This document shows, one piece after another, positions 34,652 to 44,279 of a DNA stretch of 53,451 bases. The stretch is from a virus. Lineage: Duplodnaviria; Caudoviricetes. The position numbers and the translations under genes were made by a program. The first letter of the stretch is position 1. Each line of letters opens with the position of its first letter. A model generated the notes under the pieces. That model was not told the origin of the DNA. It was given only the letters and a program-made list of their open reading frames with translations, and did not search any database. The stretch spans positions 1 through 53,451 of IMG/VR virus record IMGVR_UViG_3300025530_000016. The stretch is one strand, 5' to 3'.

Positions 34652-36280
34652 ATGCATATCAAGAGAATTGAAATTAAAAATTGGCTTGGAATCAAGGAAC
34701 TTCTGTTCAGTCCAGGTAAGATCAACAAGGTTTCTGGCGATTCTGGAACGGGGAAATCAAGCCTGGTCGAAGCTCTTGAAAAATTGTTTACCAATAAAAA
34801 CCGCCGAACGGAAGTTATCCGTCATGGTGAAGAAGAAGCGGAATTATTCGTTGAACTTGACGATGGTTTGCAAACGGTTCGTAAAATACGCACTGAAAAA
34901 GCGGATTACTTGAAGGTGAAACATGACAGCAAAGCTGTTAGCAGTACGGAATCATTCCTAAGAAAGCTTATCAACGGCGACATTTTCAGACCGATTGAAT
35001 TTATCCAGAAATCGCCGAAAGAGCAAACAGAAATCATCCTCAATATGTTGCATATTGACTGGTCGATTGATGATATCAAAAACTGGTTTGGCGAAGTGCC
35101 TGAAGCCGACTATCAGCTTCATATCCTGCAAATTTTGAAACAGATCGAGAATGGTTATTATGCTGAACGTGAATCGATCAACCGAGAAATTAACCTTCTC
35201 CGGGCGAATATCGAAGGCATCAAACGCGACCTTCCGTCGAATTATGACGGCGAAGAATGGAAGAATGTCAATCTGCAAGAGTTGTATAACCGTCTGTCCG
35301 AAGCGGAAGCATCGAACAAACGATTGCAGGAAGCACAATCACTTATTGACGGGCTCTCGATGCGAATTGAGGACATCAAGCGCAGGGCGGAAAATGCGCG
35401 GGAACAGAAAAGTTTGGATTATCGTCGGCAACGCGATTCTTACACCGATTCCATCAAGCGTTTGGAAGAACGTATTCAACAGGAACAAGCAACAATTGAT
35501 GATGCAGATCGGCGCATATCGGAAACTTGCGCCCGACTGGACAACGAACTGGAACAAGCCATTGAAAGATTGAAACTGCAATACCAGGCGAAAAAACAGT
35601 CTGTGCGTGAAGATATTGCTCAAGAAGTCGAACAAAGCCGCGTTTTCATATCCGAATACAAGGAACAAATTGCTGAAAAACGAACGGCATTGGCTAATAT
35701 CGACGAACTGGAAAAGCGTGATCTTGAGAAAATCGCGGATCATGAGGCGAATCTGATTGCTACCGAACAAGCCAAAGCCGGGAACGCGCAGGAAATTGTT
35801 GCAAATGTAGTTTGGATTGATACAGAACCGTTGAAGCAGGAAGCCGATCACGCGGCGGCCATGAAAGAATACCTGCGAGAATGGGAACGGATGAATGACA
35901 TTATCCGCGAAAAACTTGCGCCGAAAGAAGCCCATTCCGCCGAGTTGACCAACAAGATTCAGAAGGCACGCGAATTGCCGAAAGAATTGCTCAAAACGGC
36001 TTCTTTGCCGGTTGAAGGATTGTCGGTTGACGATCAAGGACGAATCCGGATCAACGGAACGCTCATTGATGGTTTGTCCGAAGGGGAAGCATTGGACTTT
36101 GCCTTCAAACTGGCAAAAGCGCAAGCTGGACCGCTCAAGGTAATTTGTGTTGATGGTTTCCAGAATCTTGGAAGCAAGCAACAAGAAATCCTGAAGGCAG
36201 CTTTCGAAGACGACTATCAATATTTCATTTTGAGCACGGAACCTGGAAAAGACCTGAGCATTGAAATTCTGGAGGGTTGA
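34652..36280 (+). CDS. SMC/Rad50-like coiled-coil ATPase
   Basis: Walker A GDSGTGKS, long coiled coil, LSEGE signature, VICVDG Walker B. Confidence 0.88.
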   Translation: MHIKRIEIKNWLGIKELLFSPGKINKVSGDSGTGKSSLVEALEKLFTNKNRRTEVIRHGEEEAELFVELDDGLQTVRKIRTEKADYLKVKHDSKAVSSTESFLRKLINGDIFRPIEFIQKSPKEQTEIILNMLHIDWSIDDIKNWFGEVPEADYQLHILQILKQIENGYYAERESINREINLLRANIEGIKRDLPSNYDGEEWKNVNLQELYNRLSEAEASNKRLQEAQSLIDGLSMRIEDIKRRAENAREQKSLDYRRQRDSYTDSIKRLEERIQQEQATIDDADRRISETCARLDNELEQAIERLKLQYQAKKQSVREDIAQEVEQSRVFISEYKEQIAEKRTALANIDELEKRDLEKIADHEANLIATEQAKAGNAQEIVANVVWIDTEPLKQEADHAAAMKEYLREWERMNDIIREKLAPKEAHSAELTNKIQKARELPKELLKTASLPVEGLSVDDQGRIRINGTLIDGLSEGEALDFAFKLAKAQAGPLKVICVDGFQNLGSKQQEILKAAFEDDYQYFILSTEPGKDLSIEILEG

Positions 36281-36283
36281 TTC

Positions 36284-37102
36284 ATGGAACTGATGACACC
36301 GGAAAACATGATGCAACGGCGAGAAACTACGCAAATTGCGGAAACGGTTATTTCTCGACAAGCGCAAGAAGTACAAGCTGCCGTCATTATGGCCAAGAGG
36401 TTTCCGCGTGATGAGTATGCGGCTTTTGACAGGATTATGAAGGCGTGCGAACGGGTATCGCTGGCCGAAAGTGCTTTGTATGAATATCCAAGAGGCGGGC
36501 AGAAGGTTTCCGGGCCTTCGATCCGTCTGGCGGAAGCTATTGCACAAGCATGGGGGAACATCGATTCCGGCGTGATTGAACTCGAACAAAAGAATGGTGT
36601 TTCAACCATGATGGCCTATGCATGGGATCTTGAGACCAACACGCGGGACACCAGAATCTTTTATGTCAGACATGAACGGAAGGCGAAAGGCCAAACACAT
36701 TCACTGGACGATGCAAGAGATATCTATGAATTGACCGCAAACCTGGGGGCGCGGAGAAAGAGGGCTTGCATATTGGCGGTTATTCCCGGCGATGTTGTGG
36801 AAGCGGCTGTTGAAAAGTGCAAGCAAACACTGAAAACCGGCTACAAAGAGCCTTTGGAAGATCGGATTCGAAAGATGATCGGGGCTTTCCGGGAAGAGTT
36901 TCAGGTCACAAAGGAAATGGTTGAAAAGTTCATCGGCTGCAAGGTTGAAGCATTCTCTGATAACGACTTTGTTCGTCTGCGGAGCGTGTATAAATCGCTT
37001 CGTGACGGAATGGCAAAACGTGAGGATTACTTTGAAATTCCGAAACCGAAGAGCGAAACGGGTTCGCCGTTGAATGCGGGGGACGAAGATGCAACTGAAT
37101 AA
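36284..37102 (+). CDS. Conserved phage protein, probable ssDNA-annealing recombinase
   Basis: AKRFPRD...YPRGG..VSGPSIRLAEAIAQAWGN; position between ATPase and exonuclease. Confidence 0.6.
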   Translation: MELMTPENMMQRRETTQIAETVISRQAQEVQAAVIMAKRFPRDEYAAFDRIMKACERVSLAESALYEYPRGGQKVSGPSIRLAEAIAQAWGNIDSGVIELEQKNGVSTMMAYAWDLETNTRDTRIFYVRHERKAKGQTHSLDDARDIYELTANLGARRKRACILAVIPGDVVEAAVEKCKQTLKTGYKEPLEDRIRKMIGAFREEFQVTKEMVEKFIGCKVEAFSDNDFVRLRSVYKSLRDGMAKREDYFEIPKPKSETGSPLNAGDEDATE

Positions 37103-37901
37103 GGACAACTATTACAGCCTTGAAGCCAATCGCCATTATATGTCGGTCAGCCAACTAAAAAGCTTTATTCCTGCATACGGCGGCTGCGAGGCGGCGGCAG
37201 TCGCCCAACTTGCAGGGGAATACGAACCACAGGATACAACGGCGTTTATCGAAGGTAAGTACATTCATGCTTGGAACGAAGGCTCGCTCGACGAATTCAA
37301 GGCTAACAATCCTGACTTATACAGTAGTCGAGGAGCAACTGCCGGCCAGTTAAAATCAAACTTTCAACATTGCAACAAGATGATTGAAGTGCTGGAAAAC
37401 GATCCGCTTGTCATGAAGGCACTGGCCGGAAAGAAAGAAGTCATTATGACTGCAGAACTGTTCGGCATCCCTTGGAAAATCATGATCGACAGTTATCAGC
37501 CGGAAGTTGGAATATTCGCAGATTTGAAGGCCTTGAAAGAAATCGACGGCAAATGGTGGAACAAGGAAGCACAAGCTTATGAAAACTTCATTGACCATTA
37601 CGGATACAACGTCCAAATGGCCGTTTATGCGGAAGTTGAACGTCTGGCAACCGGACGTGACAAATGGCTAATCCCTCATATGGTCGTCGTGACTAAGCAA
37701 GACCCGCCTGATCACGAGATTCTCTACTTTGACTATGAGGCAATCGAACAAGGTCTTGCGATTGTAAGCAATCATATCGAACGTGTAAAGGCGGTAAAAA
37801 GCGGACAAGTGGAGCCAATTATGTGTCAAAAATGCGATTATTGCAGATCGGTTAAGAAAATTACAAGGATTAAGCATTATTCAGAATTCAGCTTGTATTG
37901 A
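37089..37901 (+). CDS. PD-(D/E)XK exonuclease (RecE/DUF3799-like)
   Basis: NYYS...MSVSQLK, KIMID...ADLK, YNVQMAVY, CQKCDYC. Confidence 0.85.
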   Translation: MQLNKDNYYSLEANRHYMSVSQLKSFIPAYGGCEAAAVAQLAGEYEPQDTTAFIEGKYIHAWNEGSLDEFKANNPDLYSSRGATAGQLKSNFQHCNKMIEVLENDPLVMKALAGKKEVIMTAELFGIPWKIMIDSYQPEVGIFADLKALKEIDGKWWNKEAQAYENFIDHYGYNVQMAVYAEVERLATGRDKWLIPHMVVVTKQDPPDHEILYFDYEAIEQGLAIVSNHIERVKAVKSGQVEPIMCQKCDYCRSVKKITRIKHYSEFSLY

Positions 37902-37916
37902 CAGGAGGGAATAACA

Positions 37917-39311
37917 CTGAATTACCAACAATTCCTTGAAAGCAAAAGATTCGAGTTTCAACCCAAGGGAATCGACGTAAAACGTGAAGACCTGCATCCG
38001 GTGTTGTTTAACCATCAGTCGGATATCACAAGGTGGTCCTTAAGGAAAGGGCGATCAGCAGTATTTGCCGGGACAGGATTAGGCAAGTCGATCATTCAGC
38101 TTGAATGGTCAAAGCACGTTCATAAGCATACCGGTGGAAATGTATTAATCCTTGCCCCTCTCGCTGTGGCCTCGCAAACCGTGCGAGAGGGACAAAAGAT
38201 CGACTTAAACGTAACGCTATGCCGCCAGCAAAGCGACGTTAAGTCTGGAATTAACATAACAAACTATGAAATGTTGCACAAGTTCAATCCGGACGAATTT
38301 GAAGGAATCGTACTTGATGAATCGAGCATACTCAAGGCGTTTGACGGAAAGATGCGAACGGAAATCATCGAATCATTCCGAAACACGCCGTTTCGATTAG
38401 CTTGTACGGCCACTCCAGCCCCAAACGATTACATGGAATTGGGTAACCATTCAGAGTTTCTGGGCGTCATGAGCCGGACGGAAATGCTTTCTATGTTCTT
38501 TGTCCATGACGGCGGGGAAACACAGAAATGGCGGCTGAAAGGACACGCTGAATCGAAGTTCTGGGAATGGGTTGCTTCATGGGCCGTTCTCATTCAGAAG
38601 CCTTCTGATCTTGGTTATGACGATGGGGATTACATTCTTCCGCCGCTAAACATTGTTGATCATATTGTGGAAACTGACCGACCGCTTGAAGGAGAATTGT
38701 TCAAGTCCGAAGCCAAAACGCTTCAAGAACGGCAAAAAGCAAGGCGGGAAACCATCGAGGAACGGGTTGCCAAATGTGCAGAAATCGTGAATTCGACCGA
38801 CAGGCCGTTCCTTGTATGGTGTGACTTGAACAAAGAATCGGAATTGCTTGCAAAGTCGATTCCGGGAGCGGTTGAAATAAAAGGTTCGGATTCACCGGAA
38901 CACAAAGAGAAATCAATGCTCGATTTTGCGGATGGGAAGATTCGTGTAATAGTGACCAAACCAAGCATTGCAGGGTTCGGGATGAATTGGCAGCATTGCG
39001 CTGACATGGCATTTGTCGGATTGTCCGATTCGTTTGAGCAAATCTATCAAGCAATCAGACGTTGTTATCGTTTCGGGCAAAAGAATCAAGTCAATGTCCA
39101 TATGATCACATCCGATCTGGAAGGTGCTGTGGCCGAAAATATTCGGCGCAAGGAAGCGGATTTTGAACGGATGGCCGAAGAAATGCTGAAGCATACACGA
39201 AAGATTACGACTGAAAATATACGAGTAACGACGATTGAAAAAACGGAATATTCACCACGATTAAAGATGACCATCCCATCATGGCTTAGGAGTGAACGTA
39301 AATGCGGGTAA
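37917..39311 (+). CDS. SNF2-like SF2 helicase, probable CTG start
   Basis: TGLGKS, LDESS, TATPAPND, QAIRRCYRFGQ; frame open upstream to CTG 37917 preceded by AGGAGG. Confidence 0.88.
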   Translation: MNYQQFLESKRFEFQPKGIDVKREDLHPVLFNHQSDITRWSLRKGRSAVFAGTGLGKSIIQLEWSKHVHKHTGGNVLILAPLAVASQTVREGQKIDLNVTLCRQQSDVKSGINITNYEMLHKFNPDEFEGIVLDESSILKAFDGKMRTEIIESFRNTPFRLACTATPAPNDYMELGNHSEFLGVMSRTEMLSMFFVHDGGETQKWRLKGHAESKFWEWVASWAVLIQKPSDLGYDDGDYILPPLNIVDHIVETDRPLEGELFKSEAKTLQERQKARRETIEERVAKCAEIVNSTDRPFLVWCDLNKESELLAKSIPGAVEIKGSDSPEHKEKSMLDFADGKIRVIVTKPSIAGFGMNWQHCADMAFVGLSDSFEQIYQAIRRCYRFGQKNQVNVHMITSDLEGAVAENIRRKEADFERMAEEMLKHTRKITTENIRVTTIEKTEYSPRLKMTIPSWLRSERKCG

Positions 39312-40258
39312 ATGTCAACGTAATTGATGAAACGATAACAGAAAGATATGCACTTTATAACGGTGATTGCGTCGAAGTGACTCATGGCATTCCTGATGAA
39401 AGCATTCATTACTCGATTTTCTCACCTCCCTTCTCGTCATTATATACGTACAGCAATTCTGATCGAGATATGGGAAATGCCAGAAATGACGATGAATTCT
39501 TGCAACACTTCCGTTTCCTAGTCAAAGAACTTTACCGAATTACAATGCCGGGAAGACTGGTTTCATTCCATTGCATGAATCTTCCAACATCAAAAGCACA
39601 TCATGGGTACATTGGCATCCGAGATTTTCGCGGCGACTTGATACGCGCTTTTGAGGCAGAAGGATGGATTTATCACAGTGAAGTTGTCATTTGGAAAGAT
39701 CCAGTAGTGGCACAACAGCGGACGAAGGCGATTGGTTTACTCCATAAGCAAGTGGTCAAAGACAGCGCTTTGAGTCGGCAAGGCATCCCGGATTATCTTG
39801 TGACAATGCGTAAACCAGGCGACAATCCTGAACCAATCAGCGGATGTTTTGAATCATATGCCGGAGAGTGGCCGGAACCCGATAGAAGCAAGTTTACAAC
39901 AAGCGACGACTCACGGAACTGGTACAGCATTGAGGTTTGGCAAAGATACGCTTCGCCGGTTTGGATGGACATTAATCCTTCTGATACGTTGCAATATCGT
40001 TCAGCGCGGGAGGAAAAGGACGAGAAGCATATTTGCCCATTGCAATTGACGGTTATCGAACGAGCAATCGAACTTTGGTCTAATCCGAATGATATTGTTT
40101 TTTCTCCGTTCATGGGAATCGGTTCGGAAGGTTATCAGGCTATCAAGATGGGGCGCAGATTCGTTGGCGTTGAACTGAAACAAAGCTATTACGAGCAAGC
40201 CAAACGGAATATTGAAGCAATTTATCAAGAAACAGAAGCGCAACTTTCCCTTTTCTAA
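39302..40258 (+). CDS. DNA methyltransferase (N4-C/N6-A, beta class)
   Basis: FSPPF catalytic motif precedes SPFMGIGS SAM-binding motif; HICPLQ. Confidence 0.9.
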   Translation: MRVNVNVIDETITERYALYNGDCVEVTHGIPDESIHYSIFSPPFSSLYTYSNSDRDMGNARNDDEFLQHFRFLVKELYRITMPGRLVSFHCMNLPTSKAHHGYIGIRDFRGDLIRAFEAEGWIYHSEVVIWKDPVVAQQRTKAIGLLHKQVVKDSALSRQGIPDYLVTMRKPGDNPEPISGCFESYAGEWPEPDRSKFTTSDDSRNWYSIEVWQRYASPVWMDINPSDTLQYRSAREEKDEKHICPLQLTVIERAIELWSNPNDIVFSPFMGIGSEGYQAIKMGRRFVGVELKQSYYEQAKRNIEAIYQETEAQLSLF

Positions 40259-40272
40259 TCGGAGGCGAGTAG

Positions 40273-40752
40273 ATGAAAGCAGCAACCTTTATTCTGGGAA
40301 CGGTTATCGGCCTGTTGGTTGGAGCTACTATGCTTCAACCAACAGAAGCTAAACCTGAACCGGAAATAAGGACGGAATACAAGACAATCGTTCAGACAGT
40401 TACGCGAAAAGAGTATATCAAGATCAACCAGACAGAACCGATGGAAATGGTCACAACAGCCTACACAGCCGGTCCAGAGTCCACGGGGAAGCGTCCAGGT
40501 GATAAAGGATACGGAATCACTTACACAGGCACAGAAGCGAAATACGGCGTTTGTGCGGTGGACCCGGACTACATTCCACTCGGGACATCAATGTTCGTTG
40601 AAGATTACGGCTACTGCCGGGCGGAGGATACGGGAAGTGCGGTTAAAGGCTATCACATCGACGTGTTTATGGACAAGGTATCAGACGCCATAAAGTTTGG
40701 CAGAGAGAAACGGAAAGTTTGGATTTTATCAAACTTTGGGGAGGATAACTGA
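40273..40752 (+). CDS. Membrane-anchored 3D-domain protein (peptidoglycan lytic transglycosylase-like)
   Basis: N-terminal TM; TAYT...AVDPDYIPLGT...AEDTGSAVKG.HIDVF. Confidence 0.88.
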   Translation: MKAATFILGTVIGLLVGATMLQPTEAKPEPEIRTEYKTIVQTVTRKEYIKINQTEPMEMVTTAYTAGPESTGKRPGDKGYGITYTGTEAKYGVCAVDPDYIPLGTSMFVEDYGYCRAEDTGSAVKGYHIDVFMDKVSDAIKFGREKRKVWILSNFGEDN

Positions 40753-40920
40753 ATGCGAATCAGAGGACTTAAACCCACTCTCAATCAAGCCAAAATCCTG
40801 CAAAAGAACAACATGGACCATACGCAATGGCTTGTGAAGAAAGTATTTCCTGATAGGTTGGAATGCATCCACAAGCTGACCGGGAAAACCAAATACGCTT
40901 TTTATCAGGTGTTGCGATGA
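40753..40920 (+). CDS. Small conserved phage protein (DUF6906-like)
   Basis: KPTLNQAKIL...WLVKK...IHKLTGK; RBS GGAGG. Confidence 0.65.
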   Translation: MRIRGLKPTLNQAKILQKNNMDHTQWLVKKVFPDRLECIHKLTGKTKYAFYQVLR

Positions 40921-41234
40921 TGGACAGGTTAACGGAACGGCAAAAGAAGATATTGGCGTTTATCGAGAGTCACACCAAAGAAAAAGGTTTCCCTCCGACT
41001 CAAAGAGAGATTGGGAAGGCCGTCGGGCTCAAATCACCTTCAACGGTATTTGGCCATATTGAACGTCTGGAAAAGCAGGGATACATTCGGCGGGTTCCCG
41101 GTTCCTCCAGAGCGATTGAAGTAGTTACGGAACGTCAGAGCGATGAAGTGAAAATTGTCAAATGGCACAAGGATGTTCCAAGTGTGATTCGTTGGAAAGG
41201 CAGGCGGTATGTCTATGATCCGAATGGTAGGTGA
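40920..41234 (+). CDS. LexA DNA-binding-domain protein lacking the peptidase domain
   Basis: LTERQKKIL.FI...GFPPTQREIGKAVGLKSPSTVFGHIERLEKQGYIRR...RAIEV; about 104 aa, no Ala-Gly cleavage site or S24 domain. Confidence 0.85.
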   Translation: MDRLTERQKKILAFIESHTKEKGFPPTQREIGKAVGLKSPSTVFGHIERLEKQGYIRRVPGSSRAIEVVTERQSDEVKIVKWHKDVPSVIRWKGRRYVYDPNGR

Positions 41235-41240
41235 GGGGGA

Positions 41241-42092
41241 GTGGCATGGATAGAGAGCCATCAAGAATTAGAACGTCATCCAAAGACAAAGCGGCTTGCT
41301 CGATTACTTGATATACCTTTACCCCACGCAATTGGCATTCTGCATTGTCTCTGGTGGTGGGCTATGGATTATGCCCAAGACGGCGATCTTAGTCGCTTTG
41401 ACCCTGATGATATTGCTGACGCCTGTCATTGGCCCGGGGAAACAGAATTGCTACGCGCATTGATAGAAGCCGGTTTTGTAGACGAGGACTTATATATACA
41501 CGACTGGCATGAGTACGCGGGACGACTTATTGAAAAACGCGAGCAAAACAAGGAACGCAAAAGGAAGTCACGCGCCCGTCACGCGCCCGTCACGCGCCCG
41601 TCACAAGCAAGTGATGAAGTTGTAACAGAAACGTCCGCGCCCGTCACAGGGCTACCTAACCATACCATACCTAACCAAACCATTAATAGTAGTAGTGGTA
41701 GTAATAGCGCCGAAAACCCGTTTCGACTTTTCGAGACCGAAGGTTTTGGAACCATCAGTTCAGTAATCAAAGATCGAATGAACGCTATGATTGACGATTA
41801 TGGAGAACGATGGGTGTGCGAGGCAATGAAGACAGCCGTTTACTACGGAAAACGAAATCTAAGCTATGTAGACGCCATTCTGAAACGTTGGAAAGCGGAA
41901 GGCATCGACCATCCATGGGAAGCGAACAAAGAGAAACGAGGTGATGACGGTGCAAAGCATTCGGGAAGCGCTCAAGGCGATCGACATAGACGCGATTCGC
42001 CAACGAATCCAGAAGATTCAATCACAGGCGGCAGAGTCGGATGGCTTGCCAAAGATCGAGTCCAAAAACGTCAGATGCAAGAAATGCAATGA
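41241..42092 (+). CDS. Replication initiator with C-terminal DnaD-like domain
   Basis: MAWIESHQEL..HPK, IHDWHEY; C-terminal KRNLSYVDAILKRWKAEG. Confidence 0.88.
   Translation: MAWIESHQELERHPKTKRLARLLDIPLPHAIGILHCLWWWAMDYAQDGDLSRFDPDDIADACHWPGETELLRALIEAGFVDEDLYIHDWHEYAGRLIEKREQNKERKRKSRARHAPVTRPSQASDEVVTETSAPVTGLPNHTIPNQTINSSSGSNSAENPFRLFETEGFGTISSVIKDRMNAMIDDYGERWVCEAMKTAVYYGKRNLSYVDAILKRWKAEGIDHPWEANKEKRGDDGAKHSGSAQGDRHRRDSPTNPEDSITGGRVGWLAKDRVQKRQMQEMQ
41567..41706. repeat. Iterons and simple repeats, candidate origin of replication
   Basis: GTCACGCGCCC x3 tandem (41567-41599) plus partials at 41600 and 41633-41647; then 5-mer ACCWW-type and TAG repeats. Confidence 0.75.
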
Positions 42093-42762
42093 CGAAGAAG
42101 GATTTTTGATTCGCGGAGAAGACGGATTGGAATATTGGAAGTCTTGTGACTGCATCCATTGGCGAAAAGCTGAACGGCTGATGAAGCAAAGCAAGATCAC
42201 CGTAGAGTTTCAATCCAAAACGTTTGACAACTTTGTGATGAACGGCAGACCACAAATTGTTCGTGATGCAAGGCATTGCGCGGAATCATATCTCAATGAA
42301 TTTGATTCGATTCGGAAAGAACGGAAGAACAGCATTGCCTTGTTAGGTGTTCCTGGATGCGGAAAAACCCATCTTCTAATGGCAGTCGCAAACGGATTAA
42401 TCAAGCATGGCGTGCCAGTCATTTACTTTCCGTGGGTGGAAGGATTCAACGAAATCAAGGACAACCTTGATGAATTGGATGAGCGGATTGGACTTCTGCA
42501 ACGAATCGATGTCTTGTATATCGACGACATGTGGAAAGGTCGGAAGGAACCTACGGACTTTCAGAAAGAACAAGCATTTTCGATCATCAACTATCGCTAC
42601 TTGAACAAGTTGCCAATCCTAATCTCGTCGGAATACGACATCGACACCATGTGCCATTTTGATATGGCCATTGGCAGCAGAATCTATGAAATGTGCAGCG
42701 ATTATTGCGTGGTAATCAAAGGCAATCCAAAGCTACTGAATTACCGGCTGAAGGATGATTGA
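41944..42762 (+). CDS. DnaC/IstB-like helicase loader
   Basis: CKKC..CDC zinc motif, GVPGCGKTHL, LYIDD, INYRY. Confidence 0.9.
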   Translation: MTVQSIREALKAIDIDAIRQRIQKIQSQAAESDGLPKIESKNVRCKKCNDEEGFLIRGEDGLEYWKSCDCIHWRKAERLMKQSKITVEFQSKTFDNFVMNGRPQIVRDARHCAESYLNEFDSIRKERKNSIALLGVPGCGKTHLLMAVANGLIKHGVPVIYFPWVEGFNEIKDNLDELDERIGLLQRIDVLYIDDMWKGRKEPTDFQKEQAFSIINYRYLNKLPILISSEYDIDTMCHFDMAIGSRIYEMCSDYCVVIKGNPKLLNYRLKDD

Positions 42763-43037
42763 GCATGTCCAAACAAACGGAAATGGAGGAAATCTACGAC
42801 AGCTATGAATGGCTGATACGTGAGAAATTAGAACAGTTGGATTGGCTGGCAAGGAAAATGTATTCGGAGATGGGGATGTTTAGCATCTCAACGAAAATAG
42901 CTGAACCTTATGTCAAAAAGAGAATGACCAAACTTATTGCCGATGTAATTCAGAAGGGTGCTGAAGAATATGGAAAAAAAGAAGGCAAGTTCCGACATCG
43001 TGAGAAAAAGCATTCGCGATTTAACCAGAATCTATAA
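42759..43037 (+). CDS. Hypothetical protein
   Basis: Coupled to upstream stop. Confidence 0.55.
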   Translation: MSMSKQTEMEEIYDSYEWLIREKLEQLDWLARKMYSEMGMFSISTKIAEPYVKKRMTKLIADVIQKGAEEYGKKEGKFRHREKKHSRFNQNL

Positions 43038-43176
43038 ACCAAAGCCGACACAAGCAAGGGCATTCGTTGAATCGTTTGTAAGGAAATACGGGATAGAAAA
43101 AGGCCATGAAAGTGAACTGCTTGCCATAGTCAAGTCAGAACTCAAAAAAAACAATCAGGAGGTTGAACTGTCATGA
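42970..43176 (+). CDS. Hypothetical protein
   Basis: Stop overlaps dnaN start (ATGA). Confidence 0.55.
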   Translation: MEKKKASSDIVRKSIRDLTRIYKPKPTQARAFVESFVRKYGIEKGHESELLAIVKSELKKNNQEVELS

Positions 43177-44264
43177 AAATTGTTATCCCCCAACATGTAT
43201 TGGCAAAGCCGCTGGAACAAATCTCGAAGGCACTTCCGAACAAAACGACAATCCCGATCTTGAGTAATATCCTTCTTCGGGCGGACGATGAAGGATTGAC
43301 ACTGATCGTTGGGGACATTTCGGTGTTCATCAAAACCGTTATCCCAACAGAAGATGTAACCGTTGAAAGGCAAGGAGCTATTACCCTTCCTGGAAAGAAG
43401 ATCGTTGAGATTGTGAAGAAGTTGTCTGGAGACATCACAATCGAAGTGGACAAGACGAATGCAACGATCTATACGGGAAAATCAAAATTTGAACTGGCTG
43501 GCATCGAAGCAGACGAGTACCCGGAGTTCCCGCAAGTGATTGGAGATGTTGTACATTTGCCAGGTGAAGTTCTGAAACGAAACATAGCACAAACGATTTA
43601 CGCCACTTCGGATCAAGAGAGTATGCCCATACTGACCGGCGTTCTGTTCAAACTCACCAGCGGCAATATTCGATTCGTTGGCTGCGACCGCCATAGGTTG
43701 GCGCAGAAAGAATCAAACATTGAGAGCGATCTTGATTTCAGTGTCGTTGTGGGAAGAGAAAGTTTGAGCGAATTAACTAAGTTGATCGACGACAAAGAAA
43801 CCGTGGAATTGCAGATTTCATCCAACAACTTCATGGCGAAAACAAAATACTACACTTTCTTTTCAAGAGTGCTTGAAGGCAGTTATCCGGATACAGATCG
43901 TCTGATCCCAACTGATTTCAATACAACTGTTTCCGTAAAAACAACAAAATTTATCGAATCTCTGGAACGAGTATTCATTGTGGCAAATGAAGAAAAAACA
44001 AAAGTCGTGAAAATGTCAGTTGGTGATGACATTGAGATCAAATCAGAAGCATCGGGAAGTAAGGCATCAGATCGTTTGGAAATACAACACAAAGAAGGAG
44101 ACGACATCACGGTCGCATTCAACGCCAAATACGCGCTGGACGCCTTGAAAGCAATTGACGATCCCGAGATAATCATTCAATTCGTTGGACCGATGCAACC
44201 TATGATTATCAAAGGGAAAGATGATGATTCGGCACTTCATATGATTCTGCCATATCGGACATAA
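43173..44264 (+). CDS. dnaN: DNA polymerase III beta sliding clamp
   Basis: 363 aa; TTIPILSNILL, PILTGV, DRHRLA, SRVLEGSYPD, AFNAKY, ILPYR. Confidence 0.93.
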   Translation: MKIVIPQHVLAKPLEQISKALPNKTTIPILSNILLRADDEGLTLIVGDISVFIKTVIPTEDVTVERQGAITLPGKKIVEIVKKLSGDITIEVDKTNATIYTGKSKFELAGIEADEYPEFPQVIGDVVHLPGEVLKRNIAQTIYATSDQESMPILTGVLFKLTSGNIRFVGCDRHRLAQKESNIESDLDFSVVVGRESLSELTKLIDDKETVELQISSNNFMAKTKYYTFFSRVLEGSYPDTDRLIPTDFNTTVSVKTTKFIESLERVFIVANEEKTKVVKMSVGDDIEIKSEASGSKASDRLEIQHKEGDDITVAFNAKYALDALKAIDDPEIIIQFVGPMQPMIIKGKDDDSALHMILPYRT

Positions 44265-44279
44265 AGGAGATGACGAACT

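Noticed and set aside
41567-41647. CRISPR-like array
   Set aside because: 11-bp repeats without spacers inside a coding gene; I saw no cas genes or repeat-spacer arrays in the window
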